Below are positions 21,422-30,295 of a stretch of 64,000 nt of DNA, piece by piece (the first letter of the stretch is position 1; each line of letters begins with the position of its first letter). This stretch comes from an uncultured Nitrososphaerales archaeon (lineage in GTDB: Archaea > Thermoproteota > Nitrososphaeria > Nitrososphaerales > Nitrososphaeraceae): contig CAVPXM010000063.1 of assembly GCA_963709405.1 (NCBI GenBank), positions 64,001 through 128,000 of the forward strand, given 5' to 3'. The translations under genes were made by a program, and so were the position numbers. The notes under the pieces were generated by a model. It was not told where the DNA came from and searched no databases. It was given only the letters and a program-made list of their open reading frames with translations.

Positions 21422-22440
21422 AGTTCCAGGTAGGCACCGTAATATAAATATGATTCGCCAATTCTGCAATACACTAGGATGCTAAATTAGACGCGTTGGT
21501 TTCGAAATTAGATTTATAATAACTGTCGTAATAGCACTAAAATATACAGGAATACTTACAATACCCGAACAAATGCCCCTAGGCACTGTCTTTTATGCAT
21601 GAGTTTAACATAACAGCAGTGACATGCCGAACGTATCGCAAATTAATCATCGCATCCTGCCTTTCTCGGAATAAACTATATTGTTTAGGGTTACGATGCG
21701 AATCATTCACGTACTAATTCCAATTCCAATTATCGCGACAAAAATCATATCTTCGTCTACTTTTTTGAAATGCAAATGCTTGGACGTGGCTACCAATTTA
21801 TTGTATGACCTATGCGGCGAATGCCAACGTTCAATCAATATTATCTCCACTTTGACAAGTTGGAATGAAATGTGCTCGAAAAGGGTTTTTGCATGTTAAT
21901 GCAGGTATACGCGGTCTTTATGACTTGCAAATATTCTTACCTACAGCTCGTTGACGATTGCCTTCCACACGTTGATAATCCAGGATTCTGAAAGGCCACG
22001 CCTGTGCAGGAAACTGAATCCGTCATAACAAGGATTGCAACAATAAACGACTAGGCGGTAAGTACCAAACCCCGCCTGTGCATGATACTAATCCTTGTAG
22101 CTAGACGCTATTAATGCCTATATCCACTTTACAGATTGTGCAACATCATTGCCATTATCCAGTAGAGTGGCACTAAGAACGAGTACTGTGTTAGCCTTCT
22201 CTCCACACCAGTTAACGTAGACGGAATGTATACGTTTAGTGATTTTACCTCTATGATCTCTATATAACTTGGATACACTTTTACGTAACGGTTATGCATT
22301 GGGTTAGTTATGTGAAAAATCGGAGTATGGAAGTGTACGAAGGCCTACTCGCTTCAAATATACAAGGAAAAAGACCAAAAGTGTAATTAGATGCGAATAA
22401 TTGTCAATTTACTAGATGTAAACCAACGGACAAAGAAACT

Positions 22441-22605
22441 CTCGAATAGGTTCTTAGGTCAAATTACAACGGTTCACCCTCGATATCTAAACATTACTTC
22501 TTTCAGGATGTTTCAATCCGATATTAGTCAAATTACAATACAACAACACACACACCCACAATCTCAGATAGGAGTGTTTCAATCCTATGTTAGTCAATTT
22601 ACAAC
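22441..22605 (-). CRISPR. Orphan CRISPR mini-array: three 30-nt repeats (one degenerate) and two spacers of 39 and 36 nt
   Basis: Repeats at 22576-22605 (minus strand GTTGTAAATTGACTAACATAGGATTGAAAC), 22510-22539 and, degenerate, 22441-22470. Canonical ATTGAAAC 3' end. No cas genes in the window. Confidence 0.75.
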
Positions 22606-22804
22606 CTCAACCACTTTTAGGATCGGTTCCTAGATGGTCATGCATATAGTATTGTCTGCAAGTGTTTTGACTGCTTCAACTATGCGTGCCTTTACCTAAG
22701 CAACGAGGCCTATACACTTTGTCTTTCTTGCTAAATGTCTATACATGACTTCATAAGAAGCAGAAAGAAGGAATCTACATACCTAATTGCAGCCATTCTC
22801 AAAT

Positions 22805-24706
22805 TCACAACATATCATATTGTTCTGTAAATTCTCTAAATAATTGGTGTTTCTTTATTTGGTGCCGTTCTTCGGTACTTAGTAAGGCTGCAAGCGTTTT
22901 GACCGCTTCAGCTATGTGTGTACCATTGTTCAGCATCACACATTCTGCACGCTGGCCCATTATCGCATCAGTTATTTCTGCGCGACTCCTAAGGCCACTT
23001 TCTGTCAAGCTCTCTAGTATCTGGGTGGCTAATATGACAGGGATATGTGCAGCCTCGCACAAACATAGTATATCTTCCTGAACGAATGCCAAATTTTCAA
23101 ACCCCACTTCTACAGCCAGATCTCCCCTAGCAATTAAAATCGCGAATTTTGGCAATTCAAGTCCGGCGATAAGTATTTTAGCCAGATTATGGATGGAATC
23201 AACTGTTTCTATCTTTGCGACTATACCGAAATCAGGCCTGTTTAATTCAAACAGCTTCTTGCGTAATTCATCAATATCTTCAGGTTTTTGAACGAAACTT
23301 AATCCCACCATATTCGCATTATTGACAACAAATTCCAAGTTTCCAAGGTCTTCTTGTGTCAGTGCAGGCATTCTAATAGAAGAGTCTGGAAAGTTTATAC
23401 CTTTGTGCGACTTGATTTCAGCCATCACACCTTTTGGCGAAACGATTTCCAACTCAAGATATTGGTCATTCGATGACCTCACTATGGCTTCAATTTTTCC
23501 ATCATCTATGAATACCCTGTGGCCTATCATAACACGGTCGAGTACCTCTGGATGGGTACAACTAATGCCGGCAGGAGTACCATTTGCTTTATTAGCGCTG
23601 TGACCTAACTTTGCATTATCTCTGTAAAGGCGCAGCGTGTTTCCTGCTTCTACATTAATTTCAATTGCTTGTGCCGTAATCCTACCTATGGTAAATGAAC
23701 ATTTACTATCGTTTTCAACGGCACTGTTTGACTGACATTCTAATTTTATACCCTCTTTCAAGTATGCGGTGTGCTCCAGTCCAATCCGAACTTTGGTAGG
23801 ACTTATCCTTTCAAGGACCGTGAACGTGCGCAGCCGTTCATCCCTTGCATCCTTGAAGGTTATTTTCTGGCCTATCTTCAAACTACCTAACCCACCGTAT
23901 TCAATTTTTGATATTGCGATAACAAAGCTTGATGGTGTCCCTTCCAGACTGATTAACTCAGTTTGGCTTGCTTCACTGTCTAGGAACCCTTCAACAAATC
24001 GCACAGGGCGGCCGTGAAGATCCTTTAAAACGGAAATTTTTAGTGGACTAACTTTAAGCTCCATTGGACCCGTACGAATTTTTGGACCTCCTAAATCCAT
24101 TAGGATTATACATTGATGTCCAATTTCCTTACCACGTTCAACCAATCGTTGTTCTGCGATACGGATTGATTCGATTAGTAGCTTCCACTCCCTCTTCGAG
24201 TTGTGAGCACAATTAATACGAGCGATATCAAGACCGTTCTCGAGTAGCTGCTCAATTAGATCATATTGGAAAATATCTGAGGCATCAAGCGTTACCATAA
24301 TACGTGTTCTTCTTCCCTTCCCTGGAGATCCAAACAATAATTCAGTCCGATTACCCAACGTCAAACTACCCCATTGAGAAGTAACCTTACACAATTTGTC
24401 ATGTTTCGTAGGTGTTATTCCAAAATGTTTTAGAACTTGTTCGATACTGGTTAGTACATTACTTTCAATCATTCCTAAGGAAGAAAGGCCCTCTTCAGCT
24501 AATCGCAGCTGCAAATCTGACAAATCATGCTTTCTTAGTGCCAAATAGCACAACAGATTATCACGACTACATCTCTGTTCACTTCTATTTGACTCAAATT
24601 TGATCTTACTTTGTGTTTTTTCGGCATTTTCTATGGTGTTAACATAGAGCGAATGAAGCTCTCGACCAAGGTTTTCAAAGTCTTCACTCCGTTGGACTGT
24701 AGCCAT
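22805..24706 (-). CDS. pyk: Pyruvate kinase, long form with N-terminal extension and enlarged B domain
   Basis: RTRIMVT, ARINCAH, DLGGPKIRT, AKIET, ARGDLAVE, ATQILES, RAEITD, CVMLN. Confidence 0.92.
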   Translation of the reverse strand: MATVQRSEDFENLGRELHSLYVNTIENAEKTQSKIKFESNRSEQRCSRDNLLCYLALRKHDLSDLQLRLAEEGLSSLGMIESNVLTSIEQVLKHFGITPTKHDKLCKVTSQWGSLTLGNRTELLFGSPGKGRRTRIMVTLDASDIFQYDLIEQLLENGLDIARINCAHNSKREWKLLIESIRIAEQRLVERGKEIGHQCIILMDLGGPKIRTGPMELKVSPLKISVLKDLHGRPVRFVEGFLDSEASQTELISLEGTPSSFVIAISKIEYGGLGSLKIGQKITFKDARDERLRTFTVLERISPTKVRIGLEHTAYLKEGIKLECQSNSAVENDSKCSFTIGRITAQAIEINVEAGNTLRLYRDNAKLGHSANKANGTPAGISCTHPEVLDRVMIGHRVFIDDGKIEAIVRSSNDQYLELEIVSPKGVMAEIKSHKGINFPDSSIRMPALTQEDLGNLEFVVNNANMVGLSFVQKPEDIDELRKKLFELNRPDFGIVAKIETVDSIHNLAKILIAGLELPKFAILIARGDLAVEVGFENLAFVQEDILCLCEAAHIPVILATQILESLTESGLRSRAEITDAIMGQRAECVMLNNGTHIAEAVKTLAALLSTEERHQIKKHQLFREFTEQYDML

Positions 24707-25411
24707 CTCTAATGACTTCTATGCCAACTATTTGTTATGTCTTTTACTCAACGTATTTTCATCTTCAGGAATTTCCTAGTACCTAGTTCAGATCATCTGC
24801 ATCAATAACCAGAGTGTTTCCAATTTCCAAACCTACCTACTCAGGTTGGATCTCGATAATCCCATTTAATCCTACCATTCGAACTCTAACAGCCAGTTCA
24901 GAGTTATTAGTCCGAAACACTAGAACCTGTAAATTCCGATCTGGATGCATTCAAACTGAACATCGAATCATTCCTACCGTACCAAGCAACGCACCAAAAT
25001 AGGATACTTCTTACTACAAAAATTCCTTCAAATAACTTTCATCAAGGATTAGGTCATCGTACCCAACCTAAACTATCATCGCAGATTGTGATGGCACACG
25101 ATAGGTTTATACGCCTAAGCCTTGGGTGTTGTGTTCATGTCTTGTTAGTATTGTCTATAACCAATGTATCTTCGACTAACTGTTTTACAGTAGTGGATGC
25201 ATTCTTTTATTCTGTATTACTATGATTCAGTATATTTTATAATCAATTCCTCCCTAAGACATCTATCCTCTGTATTGGTGCTAATACACTCTCGATTATC
25301 AATGGCAATTGCATTCAATATAAATAATAAATGCTAATAACAATTTTACTATACAAGGCAGCACAGTGCAACACTGATAACTTAATTTTGTTTTAAATGT
25401 AAAATTCATAA

Positions 25412-25669
25412 TTGATAATAGAGAAAATGTTTGAAAGATATACATGGGTATGCTCAACATGCGGACAAGGCCTTACGAGAAAGAGTAGCGCCAGGAGACA
25501 CAACGATAATCTTCACTTTGGACAAAGCAGTATAATCAGACCAGTTGGAAGGTCAAATGGTAAAATCCCCCCCACAATTAATCCTTTACTATTCCAACTG
25601 CTATTAAGGTGCCCATTATGGCGAGTATCTTTTGGCGAAAGTTATTCAATTCCTATAAAAAAAAGATAG
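25412..25669 (+). CDS. C2H2-type zinc-finger protein (possibly truncated)
   Basis: WVCSTCGQGLTRKSSARRHNDNLH = C-x2-C-x12-H-x4-H. Confidence 0.6.
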   Translation: MIIEKMFERYTWVCSTCGQGLTRKSSARRHNDNLHFGQSSIIRPVGRSNGKIPPTINPLLFQLLLRCPLWRVSFGESYSIPIKKR

Positions 25670-26408
25670 TTATAATAAAGAGTTGAAGGCATTTTTGATT
25701 AATGTTAATAATAACATGTTATTATTTATTTTATGTTAATTATTTTAATAATTTCAGAGAACTAAGTTCACTTAGTAAGTCAGCCGTACATTTACAGGAA
25801 GTGGTCGATAGAAAGGAGAACAAGAGGAGTTACCCGGGACTGCAGGAGACTCGGCAATCTCATGATCTCGCTGCATCTTTCATGCCCCAATTCATTTTGT
25901 ATTTTCTTTAAACATTTGTTAACTTGTAAAAGACGTATCTAGTAGATAATGGTATAATAACGAGAATTAGAGTTGTAACTATGCTAGCTTTTGAGATATT
26001 GAAACCAACAAAAATACAAGTACTATGATAATGATAAATGCAGTGAATAATATGCCAAATACCCTTTTAAAATTTACCTGTGACACAAATCTACCTATCA
26101 TTCATTGTTTAAAGTCTTTGTCCGAGCCAACACTCAAAGTCGAACGTTTTAACTATTTAAAAAGATCCTGATTGACTGAGATGAGTCAGATACCATCTTA
26201 TAATATTCGGTAATTAGATAAATAGATCAATCATATTGTCGAATCTTGATTTTGCAAATTTTTCAACTCAATCCTCACTAAAGGCAGAAAGGACAATACA
26301 TACAAATTTGCCCTTGCGAGATTCTTAGTTGAATATTCACACGAACAGAACAAATCAGATATTGAGATCAAGATAAAGAATAATGAAACTACTATCTAAA
26401 ATATTCTG

Positions 26409-26660
26409 TCATTGCCAAGCACCAGCTGCTGTTTCTTTAACTTCCATGATCCATTCACATTTTATTCCTATTTTCTGATGATTTTTTTCAACTGCATCTT
26501 TGCTTGGAGCATCCAATATACAATACACTCTGTCTGCTTCGGGATTGAAAAGAATATTCACATGGGTAACACCAAATTCATCTTTTGGTGATATTTGTAT
26601 TTGCTTTAAAGTATCCTCAGTAACTCCTTTCATAGGATGGACATCAAGGAATTTTGGCAA
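26409..26660 (-). CDS. DUF4242 / SCO4226-like small metal-binding protein
   Basis: MPKFLDVH...GVTH...VYCILDAPSKDAVEKNH...CEWIMEV. Confidence 0.82.
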   Translation of the reverse strand: MPKFLDVHPMKGVTEDTLKQIQISPKDEFGVTHVNILFNPEADRVYCILDAPSKDAVEKNHQKIGIKCEWIMEVKETAAGAWQ

Positions 26661-27091
26661 TTAACTTTAGTTACTAAATTTTGTATTTAAGTTTGGCTAT
26701 TATTTTTTGATGTAGTTAAAAGATGTAGTAAAAAGACCGTGGTATATGCTTTGAAATTTGGTAAGGAACTACCACACTTTAAAGATCAGTTCCAGTATCG
26801 TGTTGATGAAATATACAGTCTTGAGTATTCAGGAGAAAACTAGGGAGGATATACTTATGCCTATCACCAACTAGACTTTCCATATTTGAGCCACTTGTCC
26901 TAGGCTAGCCGGTATGGCTTATTGTAACCAGCTTGGTCCTTGTTTGCGTATCATTTCATACGATCGCCATATGTGTTTATTTATTTCTGTATATCAACTG
27001 TGAAGCACCAGACGTTTTATAGGAGTTGTACCTGAAATCGCAGTTACAAGTGAGCCCAAAAATATTGCATCCGCTCTAACAATAATTATTA

Positions 27092-27553
27092 TTAATCCCA
27101 ACCAGCAATGTTCTTTTCTGCCATTATTCTTGTAGGTCTTGTTCGTACAAGCACTGCACCTTCGCTACTATTCCTTCTACTGTGAGCTTCAGCATTTTTC
27201 CTACCCATATATCGTTCTGCTATTTTACTGGCCCATTTTGAAACCTCTTTTTGGCTGTAAGTGTGTATTTTTGCACTTCCAAATATTGTTACAAAAGAAA
27301 ACGGTCGTGTCTGATCGTCTATACAATTACTTACCTTATTATTACGCTGAATATAGGTTGCTTTGACTGATGTGCTATCAGTGGTAAATATGTTATCTCC
27401 TATTCTACTCCTTCTTTTGCTATTCTCATTATCCACTACAAACCAGATTGGAACAACATGAGAACGTCCATCTTTTCTCAGTGTAGCGAGTTTTCCTGTG
27501 AATGTACCTTGCATAACAGATCTCGCAATTTCCTCTTTGCACATTTCTGTCAT
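27092..27553 (-). CDS. PPOX-class (putatively F420-dependent) oxidoreductase
   Basis: TGKLATLRKDGRSHVVPIWF...SVKA..IQRNNKV...IAERYMG; start chosen at MTEM. Confidence 0.82.
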   Translation of the reverse strand: MTEMCKEEIARSVMQGTFTGKLATLRKDGRSHVVPIWFVVDNENSKRRSRIGDNIFTTDSTSVKATYIQRNNKVSNCIDDQTRPFSFVTIFGSAKIHTYSQKEVSKWASKIAERYMGRKNAEAHSRRNSSEGAVLVRTRPTRIMAEKNIAGWD

Positions 27554-27843
27554 TGTTGTTATTATCTTATCTTGTTTGTTGAACATAATGTGTGTTCTTT
27601 CTTGTCCAAATTCCAGGATGGCTATTTCTGGCCGCTCATAGTCGGGCTTTTCTAATGTTGTAGGAAATGGATTATCTTTGTAAGTCTTTAAGCTCAGTTT
27701 GTATATTGTTGCAGCGGTTATCTTAAGCATTTTAGTTGGAAGAAAAATCGATTAAACCAAGATATAGTGTAATTCAATGACACCAAAGTCAAGTACTAGT
27801 AAGTCCCTACCGCTGAACAAAACCGAACCCTAAAATGACTAGA

Positions 27844-28053
27844 TTAGTTTTTGTCGTCTTTAAAATTAATTACTTTGTGCATACCATCGCGAAATGGCTT
27901 GTTAGTGGACGCACCACAACGACAAAGAGTATAATGTTCTTTTGATGCTCCATCTCCGAATTGTATATTGTCTCCAATCAAATCTATACCTCCAGTAATG
28001 ATAAAAGGTCCATCTTTAGAAACCGTAACCACTGGCGATCTTTCGCTACTCAT
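27844..28053 (-). CDS. CDGSH iron-sulfur domain protein (third Cys reads Arg)
   Basis: DGPF...LCRCGASTNKPFRDGMH, against the canonical CxCxxS...PxCDGxH. Confidence 0.75.
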   Translation of the reverse strand: MSSERSPVVTVSKDGPFIITGGIDLIGDNIQFGDGASKEHYTLCRCGASTNKPFRDGMHKVINFKDDKN

Positions 28054-28200
28054 ACCTCAATAATGGTTGTATTTGTACTGTTAGGTAAATATCCGGTAGT
28101 CGACAGTTTTGTTGGCATTGTTTGATGTTATGACCTCCTGTTGACATGGCTGAAACTTCCATTGTATAGTAATCTTCAGTATTTGAACCCGTATACATAC

Positions 28201-28274
28201 TGGGCCCAAGGGGATTTGAACCCCTGGCCGACCGGTTATGAGCCGGTCGCTCTTCCAGGCTGAGCTATGGGCCC
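28201..28274 (-). tRNA. trnI: tRNA-Ile2(CAT)
   Basis: GGGCCCATAGCTCAGCCTGGAAGAGCGACCGGCTCATAACCGGTCGGCCAGGGGTTCAAATCCCCTTGGGCCCA. The GGGCCC acceptor is typical of archaeal Ile tRNAs rather than Met. Confidence 0.88.
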
Positions 28275-28330
28275 TCGGACAAAAATCTCATGATTAAGAG
28301 CATATAAAAGGGTTAACAATAGACCGTATG

Positions 28331-29022
28331 TTACCCGTTTGGAGCTTGTTTCACGTACTTTTCTTGTACGTCGTCAAGTATGCTATTCAAGCATGCCAAT
28401 GACGACTTTGATGCTAATAAAGCTTCCTCCTGTTCCGCCCTCGAATCAATAGACATCAAAGCTTCACGCCATATGGCAGCATGCTTGATATCAATTTCCT
28501 GATGGATGTCGAAGTAGTTGAGACATTTCTTGTCAGTTAATCCATAGAAATTTCGAAGACCATCTATCTTGGTATTACTAATTTTTGGAAGCTCTTTTTC
28601 ATATGCATACATCGCTCGGCACCTTGTGATACTGAGCTTTGAGTTAATTTTCTCATATCCTCAATGGCCTTGTTAGTTTTATCACTTCCTTGATAATCTA
28701 GCAGTGCCTTTTTCGATACGCCTAACGAGGTGGCAAAATCTATCCAAGGTTCGACATGATCGGATTCTTCTTGCATGCTGTTATTTAGCATCTCTTTAAA
28801 TGAGTCATTGGCAAAGTATGAGGCATTTGAAAGAGACGAATTCGTTATGATGTTCCCTACAAATCCAGGTATCGATTTTACTAATTGAAAATATTCCTTA
28901 GAGTATCCTTGAAGATGATTAATATGGAGCTCCCCTTTGGACCATAGCTGGTAAAATGCATGTTTTAGCAAACTCTTTCTTTCAATTTCCTGATCTATCC
29001 TAAATACAAAAGTGCTTTGCAC
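28331..29022 (-). CDS. CADD/PqqC-like heme-oxygenase-fold diiron enzyme (frameshift near 28615)
   Basis: LLKHAFYQLWSKGEL...YSKEY...EE..H...W joined to YAYE...KIDGL...YFDIHQEIDIKH across two ORFs. Confidence 0.85.
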
Positions 29023-29133
29023 GTCAAGAACTTCAGCTTACCCATAAAAAAACTTTTTTGCATCAATAAATATTATTCTACATTGATAGTCTAAGAAACG
29101 ATTTTATGTGAATATATTTTACTTGTCGAACGA

Positions 29134-29256
29134 GCTCCGGTGGTGTAGTAGGGCATGTGTCTTCATGAACTAATAGACGACAACTAGCTGCACAATTCGG
29201 TCAAGCATTGTGGCCTTTCGAGTCGCAGATCCCGGGTTCAAATCCCGGCCGGAGCA
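29134..29256 (+). tRNA. trnE: tRNA-Glu(TTC) with a D-loop intron (about 29149-29195, position 15/16)
   Basis: GCTCCGG/CCGGAGC acceptor, TTC at 29217-29219, CCGGG-TTCAAAT-CCCGG T-arm, and a 47-nt insert in the D-loop. Confidence 0.9.
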
Positions 29257-29358
29257 ATATATATATATTTTTCGCCTATAGAATTCGTTTCAAATATATT
29301 GTAAAGCATTAATAACCTCAACATTTCAACATAACACAAGGCAGGAAAGAACAGATCT

Positions 29359-30231
29359 TTGAACAGAAATCCAAGTGTAAATCCATTGATTGAGCTATTT
29401 AGCGACTATCTGTCCAAGATTGATGGTGCGTTGGAAAGAGAGATCGATCTTTATTCTTGGTCGGAATTCTATGCACCCTTACGATATGCATGCGACGGCG
29501 GAAAGAGAATACGACCACTCATTTTAGTTCTCTCTTCTGAATCTGTCAGAAATAGAGAGGTTGAATGTGATATCAAAATTGGTGAACCTACATTTTTGGC
29601 AGCATCAGCCATCGAGCTTCTACACACGGAATCAGTGATACACGATGATATTATAGATGAACAGAATACTAGACGAGGTTTGCCATCCTTTCATATTAAA
29701 TACGGATATAATAGTAGTATACTTACTGCGGACTTTGTACTTGGCATAATCCTAAACATAGGTTCAAAGATTAATAATCCTCGAGTGTCCGCAGAACTAT
29801 CTAATGCGGCCCTCAAGATGAGTGAAGGTGAAATGATCGAAATAAAACTTGGCAAGCAACCTGAAATAGACGTCGATGATTACATCAAAGTCCTTGAATA
29901 CAAAACTGCTTCTCTTTTCGAGGCCTCAGCAAAGATTGGAGCGATAATGGGTAATGGATGTGAGGATGAGATCCACGCACTTGCCTCGTTTGGAAATTTA
30001 CTTGGGATAGCATACCAAATACATGACGACTTGATTGATTGGAATAATGAGGACAGGCTATTTAATCTGTTAGCCAGGAAAAACGGACGGTCTGTAGAGT
30101 TTGTTAATAGTATGGAAGATATCTACTTCTCTTATTCTGTCAAAGCAAAGAACGAACTTCGAAAGATCAGGAATAGTATAACAAAGAACCATTTGGAACA
30201 CTTAACTGATTTGGCTGCGATCCAGAAATGA
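29359..30231 (+). CDS. trans-Polyprenyl diphosphate synthase
   Basis: GGKRIRP, HDDIID...RRG, KTASLF, YQIHDDLID. Confidence 0.92.
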   Translation: MNRNPSVNPLIELFSDYLSKIDGALEREIDLYSWSEFYAPLRYACDGGKRIRPLILVLSSESVRNREVECDIKIGEPTFLAASAIELLHTESVIHDDIIDEQNTRRGLPSFHIKYGYNSSILTADFVLGIILNIGSKINNPRVSAELSNAALKMSEGEMIEIKLGKQPEIDVDDYIKVLEYKTASLFEASAKIGAIMGNGCEDEIHALASFGNLLGIAYQIHDDLIDWNNEDRLFNLLARKNGRSVEFVNSMEDIYFSYSVKAKNELRKIRNSITKNHLEHLTDLAAIQK

Positions 30232-30295
30232 TACTACAATTAAGGACTCGCCTGAATTAGTTTTAATACAGATTATCGAATGTCATAGTTCACAT

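Noticed and set aside
22053-22077. aggcgg/ccgcct hairpin and repeated cgcctgtgca (21999, 22073)
   Set aside because: Short, unrelated to the CRISPR repeat and with no regular period; compatible with chance.
22391-22633. 80-aa ORF with repeated FQS.ISQ.T peptide
   Set aside because: The peptide repeat is just the translation of the CRISPR repeats.
28181-28190. atttgaaccc copy next to tRNA-Ile as a possible att site
   Set aside because: Only 10 nt, immediately adjacent to the tRNA rather than at the far island boundary, and no integrase is present.
28201-28274. tRNA-Met call for the CAT anticodon
   Set aside because: The GGGCCC acceptor fits archaeal tRNA-Ile2, and there is no A1-U72 or GGG/CCC anticodon stem of an initiator.
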